Assembly (NCBI RefSeq): GCF_039654945.1
Contig: NW_027361706.1
Coordinates: 21,824,001-21,888,000 of the forward strand
From: Dendrobates tinctorius
Lineage: Eukaryota
Length of the DNA stretch: 64,000 nucleotides
Direction: 5' to 3'
Shown here: piece by piece, positions 23,871-37,072 of the stretch
Layout of the letters: each line of letters opens with the position of its first letter
Position numbering within the stretch: the first letter of the stretch is position 1
Translations under genes and position numbers: made by a program
The notes under the pieces: model-generated
What the model saw: only the letters and a program-made list of their open reading frames with translations
Told to the model about the DNA's origin: nothing
Databases searched by the model: none

Positions 23871-25583
23871 AACTTTCAGTCTGAACTGCTACTCACCTGA
23901 CAAACAAGCAAAATACTTATTTGTCTGGTGAAATGATCTTTTGATTTACCCAACCAATGGACTGGAAAACATTACTGGTCGGCGGTAGTTTTGGCGTTGC
24001 TCCTCACGCAGTATAAATGCACCTGATGGCCATGTTTCCGCTGTGAGTACTCGGTGCCTTTTTGATGCTGCAGATTTTTGCACCGATAATCTAATTTAGG
24101 CTACTTTTTTTTGTAGTGAGTTTTTTTTGCTTTCTTTTTTTTTTTTTTCTGTTTTTTTTGTTTTGTTTTTTTGATGCATTATATTTTCAATCGAGCCGCT
24201 TTGTTCTGGACTCTTCCTGTTACTTTGCTTCAATAAAACTTTGTGCGGATCACATGCATTTACTCTATTTCCACTATGGAAATGCACTAAAAAACGAATG
24301 TGTTTTTTATGTGTGGATTTTTGACATCGTGTTCAAGTCTATGGGGAAAATCCACAAATAAAACGCACGTTTCCCGCAAGAGAAATTGATGTGGTGCCAT
24401 TCTCAAAACGGCAACTCCGGTCAATTAATGCAGGATTAACGAGATTTACATAGACCTTATCCACTTTCCCGGTATTGTTGTGTATGGAGTTTTTTTTTGC
24501 TCATGAAAATTCACAGCTGATAAAAATGCACCAAATATTCATCATGGAAACCGAACCTAAGACTCCTTGCATCCAGCACAGGCGGCGCTCCTCTGGGTTA
24601 CAAGATGGGTCATGTGGGCTTGTTCTTAATGTGAATTTGTATGGAAGCGTATAAAACCAATTCTCGCGTCCCTCTGCCCGCTGTCCAGTCTTCTTTCTGC
24701 CATCGCAGGCCACATCTCCGTCCTCCTCACTATAGGCCGGGACTTCCGGTCACGTCCAGGCCTCCAACGTCCCTGTGCAACGTAAAATCGTGTGCAAGTC
24801 AGATTGCTGATTACTGGCTCATCTAAAGCTGGTCATACACATCTCTCCCAGACACGGGGAGAACCAAGATCTTCCCCAATAATAAATTACCTGGGACTGC
24901 CATAAACATTACATTAAAGACCAAACCGGTCAATATTGGGGGAGGGTGGGGGGTCAGCAGACACTTGTCTATTCTGCATGGGGGGCTGGGATGTAATTGA
25001 GCTTTATATTGATTGGGTAGAATATACAAATGCTGATGACTTTGACAAACCTTCAGCCCCACAATGAACCACAGCTTTGTTCCTAGGTACTGATGTCTCC
25101 TTTTCACCCCCTGCAGATATCTGATGGGATAAAGAGATGCAGATAATAGCAAGGATGTCCAACTGATGGTCTGGCACCCTCCTGTGTGATCAGAACCCCT
25201 GCAGTGTCCTCTCATTACCATCACTCCATGATAAAGGTGGCAGGATTAAGCATTTAACATCTGGATGTGGAGTCTTTATAGTGAATCTTTCTTTTAGGGT
25301 GGGGGCACACTTGCATGTGTAATGAGAGAAACTCGCGCATCAATACCCGGCGCTGCCACCGGCACTCGGCGGGACCGGAGTGTGCGGCTGCATGTATTTC
25401 TCTAGTAACAGGCCCCCAACTTACATTGATGGCAAAATACTCTGTATAGAGCTGATAAGAAGTTCATTGTCTGAAGAGGACAATGGCAGGATTGATTAGG
25501 AACTGTTTTATCAGATTAGCCTCTCTGAAGGGGAGACCTGGTGGAAGCTTTTGAGATTTCTCATTTTCTGCACTTGGGCAGTA

Positions 25584-25940
25584 TGGTGTCTCAGTGGTGA
25601 CCACTGTACCGGTGGCTCAGTGGTTGGCACTGTACGGTGTCTCAGTGGTGACCACTGTACCGGTGGCTCAGTGGTTGGCACTGTACGGTGTCTCAGTGGT
25701 GACCACTGTACCGGTGGCTCGGTGGTTGGCAATGTACGGTGGCTCAGTGGTTGGCACTGTACCGGTGGCTCAGTGGTGACCATTGTACTGGTGGCTCAGT
25801 GGTTGGCACTGTACCGGTGGCTCAGTGGTGACCACTGTACCGGTGGCTCAGTGGTGACCACTGTACCGGTGGCTCGGTGGTTGGCACTGTACCGGTGGCT
25901 CGGTGGTTGGCACTGTACCGGTGGCTCGGTGGTTGGCACT
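25584..25940 (+). repeat. ~26-bp tandem repeat derived from the SINE 5' end (A box)
   Basis: About 14 units of GGTGGCTC(A/G)GTGGTTGGCACTGTACC or GGTG(T/G)CTCAGTGGTGACCACTGTACC running into the SINE head. Confidence 0.9.
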
Positions 25941-26160
25941 GTTGCTTTGCATTATTGGGGTCCTGAGTTCAAATCCCACAAAGGGACATCTGCAACGAGT
26001 TTGTATGTTCTCCCTGTGTTTGTGTGGGTTTCCTCTGGTTCCCCGGTTTCCTCCCACACTTCAGATAGGGAATTTCATATTGTGAGCCCCAATGGGGACA
26101 GTGATGATGTCTGTGAAGCGCAGCGGAATATGATTGTGCTATATAAGTGTAATAATAATT
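25919..26160 (+). mobile_element. tRNA-derived SINE (V-SINE-like)
   Basis: A box TGGCTCGGTGG, B box GAGTTCAAATCC, central GAGTTTGTATGTTCTCCC..GGTTTCCTCCCACA domain, (AAT)n tail. Confidence 0.88.
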
Positions 26161-26989
26161 AGGGTTTAGCAGTTTGTTCTCCAGCCTGTCTCTGGTCAAC
26201 CATCAGGACACAATGGTGCAGCAGCTGGAGATGGGTGAGTTGGGGAACATCGCACTTTCCTGTGAGGGTCCCACTTTCCTGTGGGGTGTAATAACACCCC
26301 ATTTTCATTGTATTTTTACTTCTCTTGACTTTCAGCAGATGAATAGCTGATTGTGTCTCTGTGCTTGTGAGTACATGTTTCTGTACGTTTGTGTGTGTAC
26401 ATTGTGTGCAGAATTATGGTCAAAATACTTGCCTAATAGCCTAATTTTTTGCAGATTCTCCATCTACAAGCTGAGTACACTTGGCCCCACTAGCCGCAAC
26501 CTGCACAATAGCTGCGCCGGCAGGTTAATAGCAGGGGGTTTTCACGTGACTGGTTCCCTTTAAAAAAAAATTTTTTTAATTGCGTTTTTTGTGTGTAATG
26601 CTTTAAATAAAGCAGATTTTGAGACTTCCTGGTATTGGCTTTTTTTTTTAGATATTTGATGCGTTAACGCACGAAAACCGCACGAGTGTATAATATATTG
26701 GATTGTGTGAGGATATATACAGTACATGTAGAGTGGGTGTGTGTATATAATTCAAAGAAACTTTATTGGCAGGACTAAATACACATTAGTTTTGCCAAAG
26801 CAAGTGTACAAAAGGGAATAGGGATAGGGACTGTAGGGATGTTGGGTAGGGGCAGATCCAGGATGGGGCTATAGAAGTCCATGGCATAGGGAAGGTGGAT
26901 GGGGGCAGATCCAGGGTGAGGGCCATAGAATATATATCTATCTGTGTGTGTGTGGATATAGATATTTGTTGCATTTCGCCTCCATTCTC

Positions 26990-27560
26990 CTCCCGTGTAG
27001 GTGCACAGGGCCGGGACTCTGGGGCCGCTGCTGCCCGTCACCTCCTCCCGCCGCCGCTACTGTTATTGTCTCTGACGGAAGTGTCTCCTGTCCCCATATA
27101 GGGGCTGGTCCTGGGCGGGACCTGTGTGTGTTCTCTGATTGGCAGGTTGTAATCGTGCAGTTGTCACTGATTGGCTGGGGTCCGCGCACAGCTGAGCTAT
27201 ATCCCGGGAGTCGCTACACATCAGCAGCAGTGAGGTAACGGCGGGCAAGCGGCGCTGACAACGGAGGATCCCGGGGCCACCTGCTCAGATACGGGGCGCT
27301 ACAGAGCCCGGAGGTGAAGGTGTCCCGGACAGGATGAAGGGGCTATGGCCGTTCTGTCGGGGGCTGCGGCTTCTGAGTACACGTGGAGCCATTAGGGGGC
27401 ACCCCCGGGCCGGGATCTGTCTGGCCACCGACGAGTCGCAGGTAACGCCGACGGTTGTAGCTCTTATTCGCTAATTCATCCTTATAGCCCAGGTGTACGA
27501 GGAGCGGGGGAGGGTCGGGGGCTATCGCGATAGTGAGATCGGGGCAAGATCGCATGCGAT
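26990..27560. promoter_or_regulatory. CpG-island promoter of the HDHD5-like gene, possibly bidirectional
   Basis: GC/CpG-rich; ETS CGGAAGT at ~27076, GC box GGGCGG at ~27113, two inverted CCAAT boxes (CTGATTGGC at ~27135 and ~27167) upstream of ATG 27334. Confidence 0.8.
27334..27441 (+). CDS. HDHD5: HDHD5-like exon 1 (mitochondrial presequence-like)
   Basis: AGGATG start; MKGLWPFCRGLRLLSTRGAIRGHPRAGICLATDESQ, Arg/Leu-rich with no acidic residue in the first 32 aa; CAG|GTAACG phase 0 matches exon 2. Confidence 0.82.
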
Positions 27561-27724
27561 TGTTATTGACCTGCAGGAAATGAGGCTGCCACATTCCTGT
27601 GTATGGTTGTGGTGTGGGGGATACAGGCCAGTGTGATGTCAGGCCATAGGAAGAGCTGTCCCTGTATGCACAGAGCTCACTGTCCATAGAAGTGATATGG
27701 GGTACAGGCAGGAAAGGTGCAACG

Positions 27725-29592
27725 TGTGTGCCCGGGACCACCGCAATACCCCCGGCCAGTGTGTACTGTGTGCCCGGGACCACCGCAATACCCCCGGCCA
27801 GTGTGTACTGTGTGCCCGGGACCACCGCAATACCCCCGGCCAGTGTGTACTGTGTGCCCGGGACCACCGCAATACCCCCGGCCAGTGTGTACTGTGTGCC
27901 CGGGACCACCGCAGTATCCCCGGCCAGTGTGTACTGTGTGCCCGGGACCACCGCAATACCCCCGGCCAGTGTGTACTGTGTGCCCGGGACCACCGCAATA
28001 CCCCCGGCCAGTGTGTACTGTGTGCCCGGGACCACCGCAATACCCCCGGCCAGTGTGTACTGTGTGCCCGGGACCACCGCAGTATCCCCGGCCAGTGTGT
28101 ACTGTGTGCCCGGGACCACCGCAATACCCCCGGCCAGTGTGTACTGTGTGCCCGGGACCACCGCAATACCCCCGGCCAGTGTGTACTGTGTGCCCGGGAC
28201 CACCGCAATACCCCCGGCCAGTGTGTACTGTGTGCCCGGGACCACCGCAATACCCCCGGCCAGTGTGTACTGTGTGCCCGGGACCACCGCAATACCCCCG
28301 GCCAGTGTGTACTGTGTGCCCGGGACCACCGCAGTACCCCCGGCCAGTGTGTAGTGTGTGCCCGGGACCACCGCAATACCCCCGGCCAGTGTGTACTGTG
28401 TGCCTGGGACCACCGCAGTACCCCCGGCCAGTGTGTAGTGTGTGCCCGGGACCACCGCAATACCCCCGGCCAGTGTGTACTGTGTGCCCGGGACCACCGC
28501 AATACCCCCGGCCAGTGTGTACTGTGTGCCCGGGACCACCGCAATACCCCCGGCCAGTGTGTACTGTGTGCCCGGGACCACCGCAATACCCCCGGCCAGT
28601 GTGTACTGTGTGCCCGGGACCACCGCAGTATCCCCGGCCAGTGTGTACTGTGTGCCCGGGACCACCGCAATACCCCCGGCCAGTGTGTACTGTGTGCCCG
28701 GGACCACCGCAATACCCCCGGCCAGTGTGTACTGTGTGCCCGGGACCACCGCAATACCCCCGGCCAGTGTGTACTGTGTGCCCGGGACCACCGCAGTACC
28801 CCCGGCCAGTGTGTAGTGTGTGCCCGGGACCACCGCAATACCCCCGGCCAGTGTGTACTGTGTGCCCGGGACCACCGCAATACCCCCGGCCAGTGTGTAC
28901 TGTGTGCCCGGGACCACCGCAATACCCCCGGCCAGTGTGTACTGTGTGCCCGGGACCACCGCAATACCCCCGGCCAGTGTGTACTGTGTGCCCGGGACCA
29001 CCGCAATACCCCCGGCCAGTGTGTACTGTGTGCCCGGGACCACCGCAATACCCCCGGCCAGTGTGTACTGTGTGCCCGGGACCACCGCAGTACCCCCGGC
29101 CAGTGTGTAGTGTGTGCCCGGGACCACCGCAATACCCCCGGCCAGTGTGTACTGTGTGCCCGGGACCACCGCAGTACCCCCGGCCAGTGTGTACTGTGTG
29201 CCCGGGACCACCGCAATACCCCCGGCCAGTGTGTACTGTGTGCCCGGGACCACCGCAATACCCCCGGCCAGTGTGTACTGTGTGCCCGGGACCACCGCAA
29301 TACCCCCGGCCAGTGTGTACTGTGTGCCCGGGACCACCGCAGTATCCCCGGCCAGTGGGTAGTGTGTGCCCGGGACCACCGCAATACCCCCGGCCAGTGG
29401 GTAGTGTGTGCCCGGGACCACCGCAATACCCCCGGCCAGTGTGTACTGTGTGCCCGGGACCACCGCAATACCCCCGGCCAGTGGGTAGTGTGTGCCCGGC
29501 ACCACCGCAATACCCCCGGCCAGTGGGTAGTGTGTGCCCGGGACCACCGCAATACCCCCGGCCAGTGGGTAGTGTGTGCCCGGCACCACCAT
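27725..29592. repeat. 42-bp CpG-rich minisatellite, ~44 copies, in HDHD5-like intron 1
   Basis: Unit GTGTGCCCGGGACCACCGCAATACCCCCGGCCAGTGTGTACT. Confidence 0.98.
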
Positions 29593-30621
29593 GGTACTCC
29601 TGGCCTGTAATGATGCTCCCAGAGGTGATAAATGATCGGTGGTATTGGCGGATGCTGGACCCCTATAATGTGACCTGTAGGATGACCTACCCTGAGGATA
29701 AGTTGTCAGTATTGTGAGGCTGGGACAACCCCTCTAAGCCTTTAATAAATCTCACGATGCAAGGGGGGCTCTGCTGATAATCTAGTGCCCATGGGGGCGG
29801 ACATACCATTAGTGCAGCCGCTCTGGGGCTCACGAGGTAAAGGGACCACTGCCCGCTCCAAAGCAGCGGGAATGATGCATTATGATGAGTTATTGGACTG
29901 CAGAGGGCCCATATACTGTTCCGGCACAGGGGCCCCTTGTGTCTGTGCCGGCTCTTGGGCCATCACAGTTGTCAGGGTTGGTTGTCAGATGTGTCAGCGG
30001 GTTTTTCAGCTTCAGCTGAGCCTGTTCTGCCTTGGGGTCGGGGCAGTAGAGCCCCTGATGGGAGTGTTCAGCTGAAGGCCATACCTGCCTTACTGATAGT
30101 AGTAAATGTCCTTTATAAAGGCAGAGCCAGACGGCCGTATAGATCTGACCGTGATGGGAGCGTGGTGCCCGGACTGGCCGGCGGCTCTCCCTACCCGAGC
30201 TTCATATATTTCTGTACAGCTGTCACTATCGGGCCGCTGGCCAGTCCGGGCATTGTGGTCTGATTTATATGGCCGTATGACAGCGCCCTGTTAGTAATGA
30301 ATGAAATGGCGATTATTTTGTAGGTCGTGCCTTTCCACTTCATGTGCACGGTGTAGGACGGCTTTTATATTTGTGACCTGTGATGATTCCGGCTCTGTCC
30401 TCCCTTCCTCTGGGGGGTCTCGCTCCCACTGGAAAGCTAATTATGTAATCAGCAGGTTGTAAGGACGCTGAGTGTCTCCTGCTCTGACAGCCGCTCGCTT
30501 CCGATCAGTGTCATATTCTGCACTTCTGATCTTCACTTCCATCCAAAGAAAATACATTTATCCAAAATAGCGCCCCCCCCCCCCCCGATCATTCATGGGA
30601 CTGTTCTTTCTGAGACTGAAA

Positions 30622-30886
30622 AATAATAATAATCGTTATACATCGCTGTCCTATTCCGCAGCGTTTTGCAGACATTATCATCACTGTCCCCGATAGGGAA
30701 TGTAGATTGTGAGCCCCATCAGTATGTCTTTGGAACGTGGGAGGAAACCGGAGAGCCCAGAGGAAACCCACACAAACACGGGGAGAACATACAAACTCCT
30801 TGCAGATGGTGTCCTTGGTGGGATTTGACCCCAGGACCCCAGCGCTGCAACGCAACAGTGCTAACCACCGAGACACCATGCTGCCC
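30622..30886 (-). mobile_element. tRNA-derived SINE (V-SINE-like)
   Basis: Reverse complement of the 25919-26160 family. Confidence 0.88.
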
Positions 30887-33410
30887 ATAATTAAAATATA
30901 TATCTCATTGCACTCTGAGTCCTCTGTCCGCTTCATTCATGCACTGAAGACCCCCCATCAGTAAGTGATTCACAGATGCCTCTGTATATGTGCCCTCAAC
31001 AGTACCATACCTGAGGGTCCTTCATCCTCTGCTTAGACAGCAGGATGAAGTAGCAATCTGGTGGCTCCTTGCTCCACCATCCATTGTATTCAACTGTATC
31101 TGTGTCCTAAGGACATAAATGTAATGGTGTGGGTACATGCACCCTTCAGAATGACTTTTGCACACGCTCATTAGATGCTTCAATGTAAAACTTTTAAGGA
31201 TACTTTGAGACCATTTCCTTTCTGTGTATGTCCTTTGATTATTTCTTTCTGTCCACTCCTTATCTGGGGATTTTAGTTTATAGCCGTCTGATCTTCTCCT
31301 ATAATTGGATTACAGTAATTTGTTTCATTGTCTTTTTACGATCTTTCCTGCAGTGATCACGAGATTACTAAAGACAGGATTTATTGTAACCATCTCAAAG
31401 CGAACACCTTCCTGTAATGAGAGACAAGGGTGTGTCAAATTTAGAAATCTTGCAAGTTTTAAATTGGGACTTTCTAGACTGATTCTTGTCAGGAAACAAC
31501 ACATGTACTGTATGTACATGACAACGAAGAGACTCTTGTCCTGTATTTTGCATTGAAGTATCTAATGAACTTATGCAATTGTGCCATTGTGAAGGGAGGA
31601 GGGGAGCTGTGACATCCTGTGTTATCAGTTATTGTAATCCTGCCTCTGTTGATAATGAGCCTGTTGAAAACTCTTCCTGAAATGGCAGAAGAAATTTTGC
31701 CAAAGTTTAAGAAAAATACATGTAACAAAAACCTGCATTAATTAATGGGTAACTTTCTGATCTCTTCCTTTAATGTGCATTTGTACCAGATGACCTGTAC
31801 CATTAAATAGCCAAAACTAGAATTGTAAGAGGACGAAACAGTCGTTAGTATGATCATTATCGCCTGACTACATGGGGCGATATGCTTGCGATAACCATTT
31901 TAATGCTGGCATGAATGATCCAATCGCCGGAGCGTTATGTTCCTTCATTGGGTGATTGCTGACATGTCTTATACAAGCGTTCCTGATTAGTTGATTACTG
32001 GTTCGTCTAATGATGAGGCCGTTAATTTATTCCATCACTTATGTTTGTTTTTTTTTTTTTTTTTTTTTTTTTACTTTATGCCTTTTATTTTCTATAAGAA
32101 ACAGACAATCTTTTGTAAAGGCGATTTCCTTTCTCAACCATTCATAACTCTACTGGGAATATCTGTATATGCCGGGCTGGCCACAGGTGGTGAGAGATGA
32201 TGGACACAGCTTAGTGCGGTGCGCTGCACTGCTTCCGTCTCCCTGTCCACTTATGGTCGTTGGCATACAGACACTGATATTCCTTTTTGGCCATGAATCA
32301 CTGGTGTTGGCGATAAACCTTTTTAAGTTTCTGTAAACACACATGCACTGTGGTTTACATTTACGGTGGAAACTACGAGGCATTGCCAGAGCCACGTACG
32401 ATGGACCCAAGTGATTTCTGCCTGGCACTCCTAACTATGACCGCCAACATAATCTCTGATAACAGTTTAAATATTAACAAATGTATATGCTTTATGCTCC
32501 TACGCTGGATCCAGATCCTTACATAAGTGCAGAACCAGAACAACTGTCAGTACAAGAATGCAGCGCCAGAATCACCGTTAGTACATGTGTCTCTCACAGA
32601 AAACCTAGGGATAGATTGTAGTCACAGATCCCATCTATTTATATCCTCCGCTTCTATATATACACTCCAGGACTGTGACCTCCTCACATTATGGGACCTT
32701 TGCTCCAGGGCTGGTTTATGACCTTGGGGGGGCTGCTGCATTAAATGATTTATGTAACCTTGGGGCAACAAGCTTGTTTATAGCACCCAAGGTCATGGTT
32801 CACAGGTGGAAATGCTGCGAGGATGCAGCCTACAAATTGTGTGATCAGTTCAGTGCACTAGTTTCCTTTCCATAGAACAAAAGAACATTGTGTGTCCCAG
32901 GTGCGGAGCTCTGTATATACATACACGACATATAGTGAAAGCCCTTCTGTCCAGAAAGTCTGGTAGTTCACTTCCTTTTTAAAGGGGAATGCTTTAAGTC
33001 AGAAAATATCTGCGTTTTTGTTTTCCACCCTTCTTGAAACAGCGCCACTCTCTCTCATGGGCTGAGTCTGGTATTGCATTTCCATTTTATTCACTTAAAT
33101 GGGGGCTGAACTGTGATGCCAGACACAGCCTTTGTACAAGAGTAGAGCTGCCTCTAAAAAATGGCATATTCCTTTTTGAAATCCTGCACTATCCCTTTTA
33201 AAGAGATGTGTAAGGATTTTTTTTCTTTAATTTGGCAAACCTCATCAAATGGGTTTACACAAAAAATGCAAACTTAATGTTCCAGCCCCTGCTTGTCTCT
33301 GCTTACTTCTTATCATGTGCCTTGCATCACATGACTGAGGCAGTGATTAGCTGCAGCGGTCAAAACATGGCTGATGTATGGAAAGTGGTGGCTCTCTTTG
33401 TATTTAATAA

Positions 33411-33418
<8 letters not shown>

Positions 33419-33472
<54 letters not shown>
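33419..33472. repeat. (AC)n microsatellite
   Basis: Uninterrupted AC run. Confidence 0.98.
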
Positions 33473-33473
<1 letters not shown>

Positions 33474-33689
33474 ATATACATAAATTAGGGATGTGACAGA
33501 GGTAAGCCAAAAAGGGTGGAATAGTAAATGATTTTGCTCAAAAAGTGCCAAGTGTGCAATGAAATCTACCCAATAATATAGCCTGGAGAGACGGTGTATC
33601 CAGACCAGGGAATAAGACAGATGTCCATGAAGTTTGTGTACCAAAATCAGGGACAGGAGGTACAGGGCAAAATAGAAATAAGTACGGGG

Positions 33690-34255
33690 GGGGGGTTATT
33701 TATATGGATACCACTAAATAAAATGGGAATGGTTGGTGACCCAGATCGGCACGCTGAATTTGCAGAATGGTCAAAACCAAAAATTGGAACAGGACCCTCA
33801 GTTTACACAGAGCACTATGTTTAGTGATGAGACAAACTTTTTTGGGTGGGACATTTATATGGATACTCCTGAATATAATGGGAATGGTGACAGTTTTCTT
33901 GCGTAGGGTGTCTTGCATTGAAATCTGCTGCAATGACCCGGGTACTGCACTCACCAGACATCAACACAATTTCTATCCGCTCCTCACGTGTTAACCTCTG
34001 CGACATATCAATGTTATGTTAAAACCAAGCACACCATTGTTTGTTTTTTCTTGTAAAATTCTCAATAAGATTGATGTCACATGACCCTCTTCCCATTGGA
34101 AACAATAAAGTTGGATCCAAAATGGCCGCCTTGGTCACCACCCAACTTGAAAAGTTTTCCCCCTCCCATATACTAATGTGCCACAAACAGGAAGTTGATA
34201 TCCCCAACCATTCACATTATATTTAGGTGTATCTATAAAAATGGCCCACCCTGTA
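33690..34255 (-). mobile_element. Tc1/mariner non-autonomous element with transposase N-terminal remnant
   Basis: Same TIR as 3015-3195; minus ORF MSQRLTREERIEIVLMSGECSTRVIAADFNARHP (HTH-like). Confidence 0.75.
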
Positions 34256-34772
34256 GTACTATAAATGCCCACGAGGTTGCCTGAAACTCTGTGGCGCCAC
34301 CCACCCCGCGCGTTTCGGCACCGTGCCTTCTTCCGGGAGAGTCGGTTAGCACTGTATAGTGGCTCACGGTTTTCGTTTTTATTTTTGGCAAACATCAAGT
34401 TTGTGATGTATAAACATTTCCAATATTCACCCTTATTTTTCAAGACTTCTGCCCTGGTGCCTGGATATCATTTTCTGGGCCAAATCCTGACTGATGACCA
34501 ACTGCCCATTCTTACCTAATCGCTGCTTGGAGTTTATCACAATGTTGGCACAAGCTAATGTATCCATCCCTAAACTATCATAACATATAATTTACACCAT
34601 TTAGTACAAGTCAAAGGGTTGAAATAATGCAATGACTGGATTTACAGTTTTCCTTATAATTATAGTAAACCACTTTACCCTGGAGTCTCGTACATAATCG
34701 TTGCCAAATTAGGATTTCTCAAGGTTCCTAAGCCAAGTTACCTCAAATTACCCCAGAAGACATGATCGTATC

Positions 34773-35824
34773 CAGTCATGGCCAAGAGGTGTGACGCTGA
34801 GTTTGATGCTTCTGTGTCTTTTAGTTCTTGTAGTCGGATGTTTCTCTGGTTACTGAAGTACAACTATAAGATTTTACACCTTTTAGTTACAAATCCATCA
34901 AGTTTATGTAAAGTCTCAACATTTACAGTGTTGACCTTATGTTTCACGACTTTTGCCCTTCGCCCTGGCAGTGGGATTATCATCTTGTGGATGAAATGAC
35001 ACGTTATTGTCTAATCAGTTCTTGGAGTTTATCACCATTTCTGTATTTTTGTTTGTCCATGGTCATTCTTCCAGATGTCCTACACAGTCTGAAGGAGGCT
35101 TCCTCAGAGAAAATAACTACACTCTTCCAATCACTGTACTTCCTGAAATGTCTCTCCTGTAGCCCCCTTCAGACTGTTTGGGACATCTAGAGGAATGATT
35201 GTTCGGAGAAGAATAGGTGAGCCCTACTATGAGTTCTATGTCATTCCAACAGTAAAGCCTTCTGAGAACATTCATGTGTGGGGGCTTTTCATCCATGGAG
35301 GAGGCTCGCTCACAATTTTGCCAAAGATCACAGCCATGAATAAAGAATGGGATCTAAACGTCCTCCAAGAGCAACTTCTCCCAACGATCCAGAAGCCATT
35401 TGTTGATGAACAATACTTTTTCCAGCATGATAGAGACCACGTCACAAGGCAAAGGTGATAACTAAGTGGCTCGGTGAACAAAACATTGACATTTTAATTC
35501 TAACCAGGAAGGTTCCAGTGAGAACCTGTGGTCAATCCTCCAAAAAGTGGGAGGACAGACAAGAATAAATAGTCATCAGTCAGGGTTTGGCCTAGAAGAT
35601 GATATCCAGCTTCCAGGGCGAAGGGCAGAAGTCTTGAAAAATAAGGGACAAGACTGTAAATATTGAGGCTTTGCATAAAGTTGATGGATTTGTTAAGTTT
35701 AAATACTTATGAGATGTTGACCATAACAGTAAAAAAAATGCATCATAGTGATAGATCTAAGAACACAGAAGCAGCAAACTTTGAAAACCAAAACTTTGTC
35801 CATGTCTCCTATTGACCGTGACTG
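34773..35824 (+). mobile_element. Tc1-derived fold-back element, degenerate
   Basis: CAGTCATGGCCAA / TTGACCGTGACTG|TA ends; ORF 35195-35458 PTVK..IHVWG..FFQHD (DDE remnant). Confidence 0.75.
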
Positions 35825-36655
35825 TACATGGTCGTGTCTTCTGGGGTGATTCGAGAACGCTTGGCTTAGGAACCTCGAGAAGTCTTGATCTGGCAGCGGT
35901 TGGGTACGAGACTCCAGTGTAAAGTGGTTTAGTCTGGTTTAATATGTAATTATAAGGAAAACTGTAAAACCAATCATTATATATTGCATCATTTGAACTA
36001 TTTGTACAGATTGGTGTAAATTATGTATTGTAATTCTGTACGGATACATGGTGTTCCTGGGATGTGAACATTAGACGATCTAAGAGTCCAAAAAATGTTT
36101 CCTTAGGGATGAATAGGCTTTCTTGTTATTGAAGGATGTAGGCAGGTCAGGACTGCAGGTAATGACGCGCACAGGGCTTATTGATCAGAAATGTGAAAAA
36201 TGGCATTGATCATGCCTCACTATGATGACCCATTATGGCATATGTATGTCACAGAGAGACCCTCCACCATCTTGTAGGCTAACTGTACGCCTAAGATTAA
36301 TGTTGGCTAAACCCAATAATCTTGCCTTGACCAGCCACTCATCAAAGTGTACAAGGACTTCCTAACTGTACCCCCATTGGCCGATATTGGGGCAGAGGAC
36401 AATTCACCCTTTGGGTTTCAACCTGTCCCCCTCTCTTAGAAGAGGTAAGCCGGGTATTTTCCCCTTTTCCAATCCAGAATACATACACTTTTGGCCATAA
36501 TGGGCAAGAGGGAGATATGGTTGGACTTTAAGGTGAAGAACCACAAACGAAGAGAAACTCCTAAATCTGGTGACTCCCACCTGTCCATAGACCTATGTAA
36601 TGCTGGGTTTTAATGGCTGGCATGTAATTCTACATTGTCGTACGGCCAACCATAG

Positions 36656-37072
<417 letters not shown>

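Noticed and set aside
25180-25270. Intronic snoRNA on the minus strand (CTGA ~70 nt from a 3' splice site; hairpin followed by ACA)
   Set aside because: No RTGATGA box C at a suitable distance and no H box or second hairpin; snoscan/snoGPS would be needed to reopen it.
25919-25990. tRNA gene
   Set aside because: The A and B boxes are followed by a SINE body and tail; there is no complete cloverleaf.
27343-29717. 637-749 aa ORFs in several frames (Cys/Pro- or Trp/His-rich repeats)
   Set aside because: Artefact of a nearly stop-free 42-bp unit inside intron 1; the ORFs are open on both strands and lack exon boundaries.
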